Positions 37,946-50,223 of a DNA stretch of 64,000 bases are shown piece by piece. The stretch lies in the NCBI GenBank assembly GCA_030295235.1, contig AP026126.1, positions 682,001 to 746,000 of the forward strand, given 5' to 3'. The number at the start of each line of letters is the position of its first letter. Position 1 is the stretch's first letter. The notes beneath the pieces are model-generated. The model was not told the DNA's origin, made no database searches, and worked only from the letters and a program-made list of their open reading frames with translations. Both the position numbers and the translations under genes were made by a program. Source of the stretch: Fistulifera solaris. Taxonomy: Eukaryota.

Positions 37946-39201
37946 ATGATTTACAGGGTCAAAAAGGGATTTGTATTCACAACAACTCTGTTTTATGTCG
38001 TCTTTCGACTTGACGCATCATCAGCCTTCACTCGAAACGCTTTTCGCAGGTCGGTCGCTCCATCTTCTCTTACTTTCCAAAAATCATTCTATTTCCTACT
38101 CTCACTATCTTCTTTCTTTATACCGATAGACACTCAGGAACTAGTATTTACCACCATCGATCATCATTACAAATGTCAGCGATCGGATTTATTGGAATTG
38201 GTATCATGGGCGAAGGAATGGCGGCTCGTCTTATCACCGAAGGGATTGCCGGCTCGGAAGACAAACCTCTCGTCATTTGGAATCGCTCCAGTGAGAAATG
38301 CACGGCCCTTGTAGAAAAATTCCCCGACAAGAACCTTGTCGTAAAAGGAACGCCCCGTGAGGTTGTAGAGGCTTGTGCGGTAACCTACAGTATGCTTTCC
38401 ACTCCGGAAGCGAGTAAGGCGGTCTTTGAAATGGAAGACGATGGAGTGTTGGCTGGTGTTTCGGAGGGGAAATCGATTGTCGATTGTGCTACTTTAGCGG
38501 AAGTGGATATGAAACGAATGAATGATGCTGTAGTAGCGAAAGGAGGGTAAGAATTATTTCGTCGTACGACAACATTGAGTTTTGATTTTTGAAAACACTC
38601 ACCTGCTTGCTCAATTTGGAATCACCGTTCAGTCGTTTTCTAGAAGCACCAGTATCAGGCTCCAAAGCCCCTGCGGCAACTGGGGCGCTTATCTTCTTAT
38701 GTGCTGGATCGAAAGATCTCTTCAAAGAAATCGAAAACAACGGGCTGAATGCAATGGGAAAAGGCGAGTCATTACTTTGGAAATGAGGTGGGAAGGGGTA
38801 CTCGAGCAAAGCTCGTTGTGAACAGTCTCATGGGGACCATGTTGGCAGCGTTTGGTGAAGCGCTAGCCTTGTCAGAATCCGTGGGCCTTGATCCTAACAA
38901 GATGATTGAAATCATTGGTCAAGGTGCCATTCAAAGTCCCGTGTACGCTTTAAAAGGTCCGAAAATGATTGTCAAGGACCATGCACCGAATTTCCCTTTG
39001 AAACATGCTCATAAAGACATGGCTTTGGCGTCTGAAATGGCGGCCCGGGCGAAAGTTGAATTCTCGGTGATGGATCGGGCGGAAGAACTGTTCCGGTCCG
39101 CCCGCGAGGACACTGAGTTGAACGTTGGTGACGAAGATTTTAGTGCGATTTTTGAGAAGATTCACAAAGAGAGCGACAGTGAGTTTTCCAGGCAACGTTA
39201 A
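37946..39201 (+). CDS. GLYR: Glyoxylate/succinic semialdehyde reductase (beta-hydroxyacid dehydrogenase family)
   Basis: GFIGIGIMG, WNRS, FLEAPVSGSK, catalytic KLVVN, FPLKHAHKD. Presequence exon 37946-38049 splices in frame to 38130. Confidence 0.88.
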
Positions 39202-39954
39202 ATCACGGTTCGGTCGGCTAGAGTGCGACGATCGACGACCAGTCACTGAAGAAAAGTGTCCAGCCTCCTATGTTTAGATCACCAAGCGAATGATGAAATA
39301 GTTAAGGTTTTGCTGTTTCAGTAAGCTTTGCACCGTTGACTCCTAGATTAGAACCACAGCGACTGTAATACTGCGGGCATCTAGCACTTGGAAGGGACAG
39401 AACGAGAAGATTTTTCGGTTTTCCTCTTTCGAATTCCGGAACCTGTTCCATCCGTTCAATGGCTTGGGACCCGCACTTTTTACTATCGCACGTGATGAGA
39501 GCGAGCTGAGTGAAGTCTTGGCTTGGGGTTTGCGCGCGTCGATTGCGGGTTTCTCGTGCCCGTGCCGAAAAAACGAAAAGTGGCTGTCTGAGCGGCAATC
39601 TTTAGCTTTTGGCACCGTGGCGGAACATGACATCACGCTCGTGATGACGAACGCATTTGGATTTTCTAAGTAAGGATTTCGATACGACATCAGAATTGAT
39701 GACAAAAATCCATCTCATTGAATACCGCTTCAAGTTTTCCTCCGGAAATTTGAATTTGTCTCAATTGCTGACAATACCAGGTAAACTACAAACGGACAAG
39801 CAAACACTCCCCCTCGGAATACACACCATCCTGTTGTTGATTTCATTCATATCTGTCGACTTCGAGCAGTATTTCAACTTCGAAGTTGTTATTCGTGAGA
39901 AGATCGAATCTTTCTTGTTTCTGGTACACTCTCCATCGAATAGAATTATTTAGC

Positions 39955-41639
39955 ATGACGATCAAGACTCTCACGAAGCGTTCTTCGGAGCTTGCTCTGG
40001 CCTCAATACGGTAAGTTGAACCTGCCGTCTCTGCTTGGCATGAACGTGCGCGCTCGTGGCAACAACTCATGAACTGACCATGAAACATGAAATTCTTCGC
40101 CACAGTGAAGAAACGGATATGAATACAGCGTTAACGGTATCTGCTTCCGTTTTGGAGGCTTGGAACTCTCTCCCCTCCGATGTTCGCAGTGCTCTCGTCA
40201 CCCTCGAGATGCGACGGAACAAGGAGGAAGACAAGGCTCAAGCACCGCGTCGTTCACGAGCGACACTTCGGAGTCGGATGGTGGCAGTGGTACAGAGAAA
40301 ACAGACAGATCACTTGAAGTGATTGAGAGGGATGATGCCCGAGGCACGACGACGGTTCTGAAGCCTTTAGAGCGCGCCCCCCAAAACGTTTTCGAGTTTT
40401 CCAAGACTCTTAAACAAGAATCGACGACGGTGGAGAAAACATCGGCTACTTTGGTAACCACAAAGAAGACTATTATTACACGCACACGTGGTTGGAGGAA
40501 CGTTTTCTCTTTGCCCATTTCCTACGATGTCGACATTATTCCTCACGGAACAATTCTGGAACCGACGAATCCTCAACTACTCGAGGCTACAGGAAGCCAC
40601 CCAGAAGGCTACAATCGACGCTTTGCTGTGATTGATGAAACGATTGCGAGAATCTATGGCGATAAAATCGTGGCTTATTTTAAGGCACAAGGCATTGAAC
40701 TGACCACGTGCATCCTTCCAGGCGGCGAGTCGGATAAACGTCCAGAAGCTGTCGACCGGTTATTGGATGAATTGTGCGCTTACAAACTACGTCGCCGTGA
40801 ACCTTTCCTTGCCATTGGAGGAGGAGTCATTCTTGATATTGCAGGAATGGCTGCTTGCCTCTACCGTCGTGGTGTGCCTTTTGTCCGGGTGCCGACAACA
40901 CTTCTTGCCATCGTCGACGCCAGCGTGGGAGTAAAAAACGGAGTAGATTATTGCTGCGATCTTACCAATGATACGTACAAGAATCGAGTGGGCTCCTTTA
41001 TGCCCCTTCGTCGTGCCTCCTGGACTCGTCGTTCATCCAATCTCAAGATGAAAGAAATATTTGCAACGGTTTTGGCGAGATCTTGAAACTAGCCTTGGTT
41101 CGTTCGGTTGATTTGTTTGAGCTGCTTGAGACTCACGGCAAGGCGCTAGTTGATACTCGCTTTGCTCCGAACTCATCCGTTCCAGAAGAAGTGGCTACCC
41201 GCATTATTGACCTATCTATTCAGATTATGTTGGAAGAGCTTGGACCCAATCTCTGGGAGCATAATTTGGAAAGATGTGTGGACTATGGCCACACATTCAG
41301 CAAGCTTCTTGAGATGGTCCCTGGAGCGGATATCATGCACGGCGAAGCTGTGAATGTTGATGGCTTCTTTGCTGCGTAATCAGCTTCCTCCGAGGTTACA
41401 TTCCGCGCGAAACTGTGGATCGAGTCTTCAAATGCATGAAATCGATTGGTCTTCCAACGAACTCTGCCGACTTAGATTCGGAACTTGCATGGCAGAGTTG
41501 CAAAGATGCCGTCGAGCATCGTCATGGTGAACAAAGAATCCCACTCATAACCGATATTGGTGAGAGTATTTGTGTTAGTGACATTACACCTGAAGAGCTA
41601 GACCGCGCTCTTGAAGTAATGAAAGAGTTTCCCCATTAG
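39955..41639 (+). CDS. Sedoheptulose 7-phosphate cyclase, EEVS (2-epi-5-epi-valiolone synthase) type
   Basis: AIGGGVILD, RVPTTLLAIVDASVGVKNG, KNRVGSF, GEILKLAL, MLEELGPNLWE, VDYGHTFS, HGEAV. Exon 1 39955-40010, intron to 40105, several frameshifts. Confidence 0.85.
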
Positions 41640-41705
41640 CTAGGCGTACTGCACAAGTCGATATGCTGCCACTCAAAGCGTATCACAAAAATGACTTCCG
41701 TGTGA

Positions 41706-41811
41706 TAGTTATTCGCTACAACGTGGCGCTCTAATTAATAAGTTCGAGATTGTGATGTTAGTTATTCGCTACAACGTAGCGCTCTAATTAATAAGTTCGA
41801 GATTGTGATGT
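41706..41811. repeat. Tandem duplication, 2 x 53 bp
   Basis: TAGTTATTCGCTACAACGT(G/A)GCGCTCTAATTAATAAGTTCGAGATTGTGATGT twice, one mismatch. Confidence 0.95.
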
Positions 41812-41841
41812 TCTGTTTAAAGTCGATCTTATTCATCGTCC

Positions 41842-44800
41842 TCAAAGACTCGCCTTTTTCTTTTTTGGTTGGTCGCCATCATTCTCTTCTCCGTCGCGTT
41901 TGTCTGGTCGAACTAGCTCATCATCACTATTGCTGTCGTCGCCAAAAAGCTCTTGATTATTACCAACGCCCAGAATTTCGTCGTCGCTTTCATTTGCGCT
42001 GTTGTCCCTTTCAGCATTGGTTGCTTTGGCTGCGGGCTTTTTCGAAGTATCTTCGTCCTCTTCGTCGCTGTCGCCAAATAACTCTGATTTAGTCGCAACA
42101 GCTTTAGCACTGGACGCTGGTGGGGCGTCACTTCCTTCATCGTCGCTATCTCCGAAAAGGCCGGCCTTCGTTCTGGTCGCCTCGCCGCTATTTCTATCAG
42201 GTTCATTGTCTCTACTTTCATCGTCATCCGAGTCGTCGTCAAACAGCGCCTGCTTGTTCTGATCATCTTCAACGATAAAGTCATCTGTGTGATTGCGTTT
42301 TCGAGCCTTCTTTTCTTTTTCTGACTGTTCAGCAGCTTGTTGTTGTTGCCAACCTTGTCGAAGTTCCTCCATCTTTTGCATCTTCGCCGCTGCTTTCATA
42401 TCGCGCTCTTCTTGAAGTTTCGCCTCTTCTGCCTTCTTGATAGCCAACTTAATCTGCTCCTCTTTCTGAGCTGCTTCGGCTGCAAGTCGCCGGATTTCGC
42501 GTTCTGCAACTTCATCTTCGGCACGTTTCTTTTCGTCTTCTAAATGGGATTGAGCACTTCCAATATTAGCTTTGCAATGCTTCAAGAAGTCTTCCAGTAC
42601 CGAGGTCTTGATATTGATTTTCTGTGTGCCCTCTTCTTTTTGTTTCAAAATCCCTTCCACTATCACAAGGCTCTCTTCTAAGCCCTTCAGAGCCTCCTCT
42701 ACTTCTTCAACAGTTCGGGGGATATTTCTAATTTGTTTCTGTAAGACGCAATTAGCGGCTTGCAGCTTTGTCATGCACAAGTTATACTGGACGACGACTT
42801 CCTTTTTCGGTGCACGTTTTGAGAGAGCAGTAGTCAGGTACTCCATGGCTTGTTTATAGCGTCCGTCGGCTGGGGCAGCATTTGAATCGTTAGATAACTC
42901 GGTGTGTCTCGCCCAATCGAAGTAGGCGAACGCTATGTAAAGAAGAACGTCGACAAGGTCTTCCACACGACTCTTCGAAGTTGTTGGCGTCGCTACATCT
43001 TCGATTCGTTTCATATAATTCTGATACATCTGCAAAGCCTCAGGGTGCTTCTTCTGTGCCAAGTAAATGTGACCTAAATTCAAGAGAGCGTCAGCGATGC
43101 TATCCTCACTGACTTCGCGTACACGCCCGAAGATCTCTTTGGCTTTGAAGATTTCTCCCTTCTCAGCCAGAACAGTTCCAAGTCCATTTGCGGCATAAGC
43201 ATTCAGTGGGTCTTTCAAAAGAATTCGTTTGTAATAATCAGAAGCGTACTGGAGATGCTTAGCGTATCGTTGTTCCGATACGTGCAGAGTCTCGAAGTAG
43301 ATATTTCCCATGCTTAGAGCAGCGTATGCTTCTACAGACGGAATTTTCTTGCCCATCAGCCCTTCAAAGACATCTTGAGCAGGTTTCCAATCGCACAACG
43401 ATAAGTGAAGGTTTCCAATCAATGTAAGTACCTCAGAGTTACCAGGCGACGACGCTGCGGCAATTTTTAACCACTCAGAGCATTCTTTGAGAGAACCACT
43501 ATCGACGGCAATGCATGCTAGCCGTAAGTAGCTATTGACATACGCTGGATTTCGTTTCGTGATTGCCTTATGGAGCTCGATAGCTGCTAATGCTCGTCCT
43601 GTTGCTTCATGGAGACGGGCAATATTGAAGATAACTGTTGTAGCATTGGGCATATCCAACAATCGATTCTCGCGCTTCACCTTCAAACTCAGTCGTTTAT
43701 TCTCAGTCACGTCAACGCTAGCATCATTTTCATCGGTATCTTTAGGGACATACTCATCAGCCAAATGAAGAAGAAGATTACCACTCTCATTATCAACAGA
43801 CTCCACTTTGGTTTGAAAGAGTTCTCCAAGACGAATGTGATCGCCTGCGGAGATAACAAATACATCGGTAGATGCAGACGTGACTATTTTAACGACGTTC
43901 TTCTCGTCGCCATCTACGACTTCAACTTCTGTCTCTGGTGACAAGGACAAGAAATCGAAGAAGAGAGAGTTGTCTGGATGGCGAATTTCACCACCAATCA
44001 CTCCTACATTTTCCAGTTCCGCTTTGCTGTATTCTCCAGTTTCATCCAAAGATGCTAGAGCTTGCTTGTACATTTTTAAAGCCTCATCATACTTTCTTGT
44101 TTCCTGGCATAGCACGCCCATGTTTGTAAGAATATGCGAAGGCACTGGAACGCCTTCACGATTCATCAAATCGACAGCTTTCTGATATTTTTGTAGCGAC
44201 TTCGGATAAAAAGTCCTGTGTTGCTGCAATGCCATGGCCTCTAAAACAACTAGTTCCGGATTCAATGGATCTAATTCAATCGCCTGGCGTAAATGCGTGA
44301 GTCCTTCGTCGAGATGCTTTCCCAAATGGACTTGCAACAACCCGAGTAAGCCCAATGCATCCGTGGCTTTGCTACTGGACCGCACAAGTTCTTGCAACTC
44401 GTTCGCGGCTTCATTATATTCTTTCCTGACAATTAGCGTTTGTGCCAATCCAAATCGCGCTGGATTCAAGCCGGGGTACAGATCGCAAGCCTTTCGGTAA
44501 AACTTGTGAGCATTGTCCATGTCTTCGCGGGCGTGGTAGACGCGCGCCAAAAAGAACAATGATTCAGCTTGAATTTCTTTCACTCGAGTGCTCTTGTAGG
44601 CGCCTTTGGCCAATGCTATGACACGTTCGTAGTCTTTCTTCCACGCCTTGAGGCCGTCCGTGGACTCTTCTTTCCAGGGCTTGCTCATCGTGAAAGTCGA
44701 TCCTTCCAGATCCTCTTCTTCGTCGGCCATTTCCTTAACCGATGCTTCAAAGTTGGTGCCGATGCGGATGGGTTCTCCTGGATCCAATGGAATCGGCTGT

Positions 44801-45733
44801 GACGACTTGACAATCACTGAGCCTTGGGTGACTTGTACGACGCCCGGAAGTGGCGTCCATTTCCAAAAAGTAATGATTGGCAAGATGATTCTGCACCATG
44901 GCATTGGAATGATCCAACAAATTTGCCATGGACATGAGTTTAATTGCACGTTCGGTTCGGCTAGCATAATCTTGAGCTGTCTCGTCCAATGCGGCCATGT
45001 CGAGTACAGCGGAGCCAACCATGGCTTCGACACAATCCGGGTCGATTTGCAAAGCCCTTGTAAACGCCGCTTTGGCTCGGTCCACCTGTCCAAGCTGGTA
45101 ACACGTCAAGCCAAACGCCGTCCTCATCGCCGCAGAAGCAGTGGGATGGTTTGGATATCTTCGAATAGCGGTAGCGTAATGATTCTGCGCTCCTTCGTAG
45201 TCTCCTTGCCCATACAAAACAGCAGCCATCCCTAGCAACGCGGGCAGAACGGGCCCACACTGCTTCAATGTTGTTTGGAAGAAGAACTTCGCTTGATCCG
45301 CTCCACCCTTCCCCCAGTTAAGTAACCCACGTCCTATCCACGTCATAGGAAAAAAGGTATCAATTTTCCCGGCTTGTGTGAAGCGCTGATCCGCTTGCTG
45401 CTGTTGCATTTCATCGGGATTCTCCATCAAATGCGCTATCCCACACGCCGCCAACAAACGCACTCGTTCTTGTTTATCATTTGTTTCCAGTTCACACGCT
45501 TCTTCAAGTACCGCTAACGCATCGGCCGCTTGCTTGTTTTGAGAATAAAAGAGAGCCGACGCGGCCCAGAGGTCACCCGATGCCGCTTCGTCCCGGAGGA
45601 CTTGTTTGAGTACCGCAGCGGACGTCTGCGCGACTTCGTCAGGGAACATTTCAATAAACAGTCCATCTTTTATTTTGATCGGAATAATCAGAGTTTCTTC
45701 CTCGGGAAGAGGCAATCCGGATTCGACCGCCAT
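41842..45733 (-). CDS. CTR9: PAF1 complex TPR subunit CTR9
   Basis: TPR arrays, NAMVQNHLANHYF, NAYAANGLGTVLAEKG, IFGRVRE, acidic LFGDSD tail. Frameshift near 44865. Confidence 0.92.
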
Positions 45734-46409
45734 GGTACTTTGTGAATTGTGTGTCCATTTTGCGACGGATCATCTCTTTGCGCTACGAAATATGTGTAGA
45801 CGGGCGGCGGACATGCAAAACATCCGCAGCAATTAAATTCCGGGTCCCCCTTTGTCGATTAACAATTCCCCACGAAGCCGACGTGAAGCGTACGTAAACT
45901 TTCGAAGGGCTGCCTCTTTCATTCTTATTATTACAAGAAGCCTTGTGGGTCTTTCTGTGGTTGCAAGTGATCAAAACAATGCAGTGCACTACTAATGTGA
46001 ATACGACAAAGAAACCATCGTCGTCAACATCCGACGCGGACACAATGTCTTCGTTGTCGGCCGATCCAGTACCCAGATTGCCTCCGCGAAGCTGTACTGT
46101 TGGATCGGTTTCGGTTGCAGAAAGGGTGAGGCGTTGGTCGCAAGCTCACGCGAATGCGAGAGGAAACATGGACAATTTTGCGGAAAACCAAAAGGGATGC
46201 TTTTGATGAGATCGCATCCGAGTCGGGACCCAGAGACAAAGATAGCGTCAGAATGAAGCCAACCTTCTTTCATTGGTGACCCTTTGACCTCGTTGTAAAG
46301 TAAACATTCACAAAATACAATTTCAACGATTTGATGCTTTGGTTCTCACATGTTTGAAAAGTGGGGCGAGGACAATAGTTCGATCGATCTAGCTGTGAAG
46401 CCTTTCACA

Positions 46410-46465
46410 CTCGTTACTAAAATCCAGTCGTGACGAAAGGTCGCCTACACTTAGATGTGATAGTA
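46410..46465 (-). repeat. Full copy of the dispersed palindromic repeat
   Basis: Reverse complement reads TACTATCACATCTAAGTGTAGGCGACCTTTCGTCACGACTGGATTTTAGTAACGA. Confidence 0.8.
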
Positions 46466-47282
46466 TTTTTGGGTTCACTTGCAAGCTAGAAGGTAATATT
46501 CTAACGGTATGTGAACGATGTTATTATATTGATCGGAGAAAGGCTTGTTTTTAATTTCCTTTTTTTTGTTCGATTGTACAGGTAAAAGAAAAAAAGAATC
46601 GTTTTCACACAGAACACGCGAACCAATCAATCAACACGACCCGTGACCCAGGCACCCGGTACCGGCGTCACGTTACGTGACACACGGACACCGCGCTATT
46701 AGATATTAGATATAGATCGCTAGCTGGTATGAATCATGCATGTTGGTGAAAGTAAAAGAGACAATGTTGCCAAATTGATTCAAAAAATGGCGTGATCGAA
46801 TTTCTTTTCATACGAGTCTCCCCTACATCGATAATTTCCTATGACAGTCGAAGCGTTGCATGTTGCATCCTTATCGCGCATTGATTTCAAATTGTTGTCG
46901 ATTGTCGTTTGCGGATATGCTTAATTAATGCATTTTGAACAAAGTAAACAAGACAGTGGTGTAAGTTGACCCGAAAATTGGTAGGTAAACGACTTACTCC
47001 ATATCCGGGTTGTCCTTTGTCGACACATTTCCCTACGAGGCCCACGTGGAAAAATGCAATGCAATGCTTGGACTTCACGCCGTCAGACTGTCACACCTGT
47101 TTGTCTGCTGATGCGGTCATGCAGAACAACAACGATGCCCAACCCAACCTTTGCTTTGAATGAACACTTTTTTCATCGATAGTTCCAAATCATCATCGAA
47201 CACTTCTATTTTATTAATCTCGGAAAACACAAAATTAAAATCAATAGCAAGTAAAGAGAAGCAGCACTATTTATTGAAACGA

Positions 47283-47940
47283 ATGTCGCGTCGAGCTTTA
47301 TCCATTACAATATCAGTCGCTCGTCAAGCAAACTATGCTCGAGCGGGTCTGAATTCGCAATTTCACTATTTCTCGTCATCAGCCGCCGCAGTAACACAGC
47401 CTATAGATCCCGATGGCCCGACAGGTGAATTGTTCTCTCCATCCTACTGGATGGGAGACGTCCAAGTCGGACAAAGAGGACGCATTCAACGCGTGTTTGG
47501 CCCCCGCGACACGGCCCAAGTCATGTTGCTGACGGGGAGGCCCCTCACTGGCAGGAAATGCCAGCTTTGATCCCAATTACGACCGTGCACAGTCCTGGAT
47601 TCGACAACACGCGGTAGGTCCAGCGGCACTCACGCCCGCACTGATACCGGGACTCATCGGGGCGTTGGTGGAAGCGGCCTTTCCGCGGGCGGTAGTCATG
47701 CAACAAGAGTTGCGTCATGTGCGGCCGTTGATTGTGGGTTTGGCCGTGCAGGCTGAAATTGAAGTCGCCCAAATTGTTCCGTCGGATGAAAACAGCAATC
47801 CTTTGATGGAGGGAGAGGAAGGAACGTACGGGCCCGGTCATATGGTTCTTTTGAACACGCAAGTGACGCGAGTTCGAGACGATGCTTGCGTGGCTCACGG
47901 GAAACATACTATTTGGATACCCGATTACAATAATATGTAA
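47283..47940 (+). CDS. Hotdog-fold (MaoC-like) dehydratase/thioesterase, probably mitochondrial
   Basis: Arg/Ser-rich presequence, VQVGQRGRIQRVF, AAFPRAVVMQQELRHVRPLIVG. Frameshift near 47540. Confidence 0.6.
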
Positions 47941-48278
47941 AGTTTTAGAAAGAATGACCATATTACTTGTGTTTCAAATGGCTTTCGTGTTTGTGCGTTT
48001 GCTGCTCAGTTAGGGATCGAAAGACGTTATAAACGTGAACCCGTTTACCATCAATAAAATAGACTAGTAGCAGGGTAGTCTAGATAATAATCCATACAGA
48101 ACGTCACAAGGAATACGTCGCAACGTGGCAACAGAGCCGCTAACCTAGAGAATTTCCAAATAGATCCTCAAAAACGACAATAACAGGCGACAGGGAGAAA
48201 GACGTTTCTAAGAAAGGCATCTACTATGATCCTGTTAGAACAAACTCAATTTGAGAGGGCGAAGTAGCCTACTACCAT

Positions 48279-48916
48279 TTAAGACTCTTCTAGAGGCGGC
48301 ATATCATCATCGTCGTCATCGTCATCACCGCCGTCTTCATCGTCATCCCCAAAATTGCCGCCTGGCATACCGTCCATTCCACCCATACCGCCCATTTGAG
48401 CCATGAGAGCTTCCATATCCATTCCTCCCATACCGCCCATGCCTCCCATTCCGGGCATACCACCCATACCCATACCTCCATCCAAGGCCGAAGTGTCAAA
48501 ACCATCTGCTTCATCGTCTTCATCTACGTAGCGATCCCAGTCAATCTTGACTTGATTTTTCTCCTTGTTCTTATCTTTTAGCAAACGCGGCCAGAATTCC
48601 TCGTCGGATTCTTTTTTTCATAATGTGCATTTGAACCGAACGTGGTAGAGTCTTGTAGGTCGAACCCTCGGCGTTGACGTCTTTGAAAAACTCAATGTCA
48701 ATGGCGTATTCTTTACCTTCCGACGTTCCCTTGAATGTCAGTGTCGCGTCTTTTAAATTTATGCTTTCATCTTTGACGTCTAAAAACAAAGTGAGAGAAA
48801 AATCCGGCAAAATCATTGCTACGAACTTGCGACCAAGACGTACCCGACAAAGCAATTGTCAAATAAATCGAATCGGAGCGTTGTGCCCATTTGATGGGTG
48901 CCGTATTAATACTCAT
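48279..48916 (-). CDS. Hsp90 co-chaperone p23
   Basis: APIKWAQRSDSIYLTI, WPRLLKDK, VKIDWDRYVDEDDE, GGM-repeat acidic tail. Confidence 0.92.
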
Positions 48917-49287
48917 TCTGTTATATTGGTTGTGCAACAAGCTAGTGAAGTCAATTGAATACAGTGTTACGAGAACGTCTTCAGGGAAGTGATACGGTTG
49001 CTTTGCACTCGAAGCAAAACGAATGGTGTCGATGGAGAAAGATCTCGTCCTTCCACTTTGTGCCACACCGTCGGTCGCGCAAGACAGCGGTGGCGGTTCG
49101 CATCGTAGCTTATTTTGAGCGCGTACATCCAACCGTATACAAAAGGCTTTGTATGGCAAGAGCTTAAACTATCGCGGAAAAAACTTCCACGTGTAACTCT
49201 AGACTCGAAATACAGAAGCCGGAGACCAATCTAAAAAAACCACAAAGTAGGTCACTCTAGTCTCTTGTTATGTTTTAAATTCTATCT

Positions 49288-50223
49288 CTAGCTGCTTTTT
49301 GATAATTCTACCACTTGACTCGTTCCAGGATAGTGTGGCATACGAAATTGATACTTTTCTTCCAAGTATGGCGGCACAAACCGACCTCCCACAAAGTGAC
49401 GACCCCCAAAATTCTTCGCACATCCCTTCGGAACTGTTAAACTAATCAATACTTGCGGTGAAAAGCCAGAGTTCTCTACATCACCCTCGTCTACATCCCA
49501 GCCAGACGGAACGTCCACCGATACAACCAGTGCACTATCCTGTGCCTTCCTCAATTGCAAGAGAATATCATCAAACGGAGCCCGAGGCTCACCGTGAAAG
49601 CTAAACCCAAAGATCGAGTCCACGATCGCTGCATAATCCCGACTACAATCTTCAAAATCGTCAGGCATACCATTTAGAACCGCAATGCCCATATCTTCGC
49701 ATTGCTTTTGCAAATTCACAAAATGCTGCTTGTTGGATCGTTTCGGATATACCACGACGCATTCGTAACCAAACAGAACTAGGTGCCTTGCCGCCACGAG
49801 ACCGTCTCCTCCATTATTTCCTGGCCCGCAAATAACGAGAATCTTGGGTTTGACTTGTGGTGATGGACGTCGTTCTTCGACGACAGTGTACACCGCCTCG
49901 GCGACCGCCAGGCCGGCCAACTCCATCAGTTGCTCCAGAGCGAAGCCAGGTTCTGACATGAGTTCCGCATCGAGAGCAGCTGCCGCTGATGCGCTCAAGT
50001 AGGTTGGTTCTGTCATACTGCAACTGAGACTCGTCTGGGTCGACCATTGGTTTGTAAGGATCCGCGATGTTGACATGGACGAACTCCAAAGCGCAGAAGC
50101 CCCCCAAAGAATAGGACGACGGTTCACACTCAAGGCGGATGAAATAGTTGCTATCGATAATATATCAATGGGTCGTGTGCAAATAGTGAATAGTCTCATG
50201 GTTCGCATTCTTGCATGAATCAT
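49288..50223 (-). CDS. NAXE: NAD(P)HX epimerase (YjeF-N), copy 1, with an N-terminal presequence
   Basis: QLMELAGLAVA, CGPGNNGGDGLVAARHL, IVDSIFGFSF, SVDVPSGWDV, GGRFVP. About 69-aa Arg/Ser/Thr-rich leader. Confidence 0.93.
   Translation of the reverse strand: MIHARMRTMRLFTICTRPIDILSIATISSALSVNRRPILWGASALWSSSMSTSRILTNQWSTQTSLSCSMTEPTYLSASAAAALDAELMSEPGFALEQLMELAGLAVAEAVYTVVEERRPSPQVKPKILVICGPGNNGGDGLVAARHLVLFGYECVVVYPKRSNKQHFVNLQKQCEDMGIAVLNGMPDDFEDCSRDYAAIVDSIFGFSFHGEPRAPFDDILLQLRKAQDSALVVSVDVPSGWDVDEGDVENSGFSPQVLISLTVPKGCAKNFGGRHFVGGRFVPPYLEEKYQFRMPHYPGTSQVVELSKSS

Noticed and set aside
39302..39953. Short ORFs upstream of the cyclase as a possible MT-Ox partner
   Set aside because: No SAM-binding or Rossmann motif was seen. 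The region reads as promoter DNA.
39955..41639. 3-dehydroquinate synthase (shikimate pathway)
   Set aside because: The motifs match SH7P cyclases, and no plastid presequence or AROM domains are present.
45943..46273. Short ORFs divergent from CTR9
   Set aside because: No motifs or clear gene structure, so I cannot support them without expression data.
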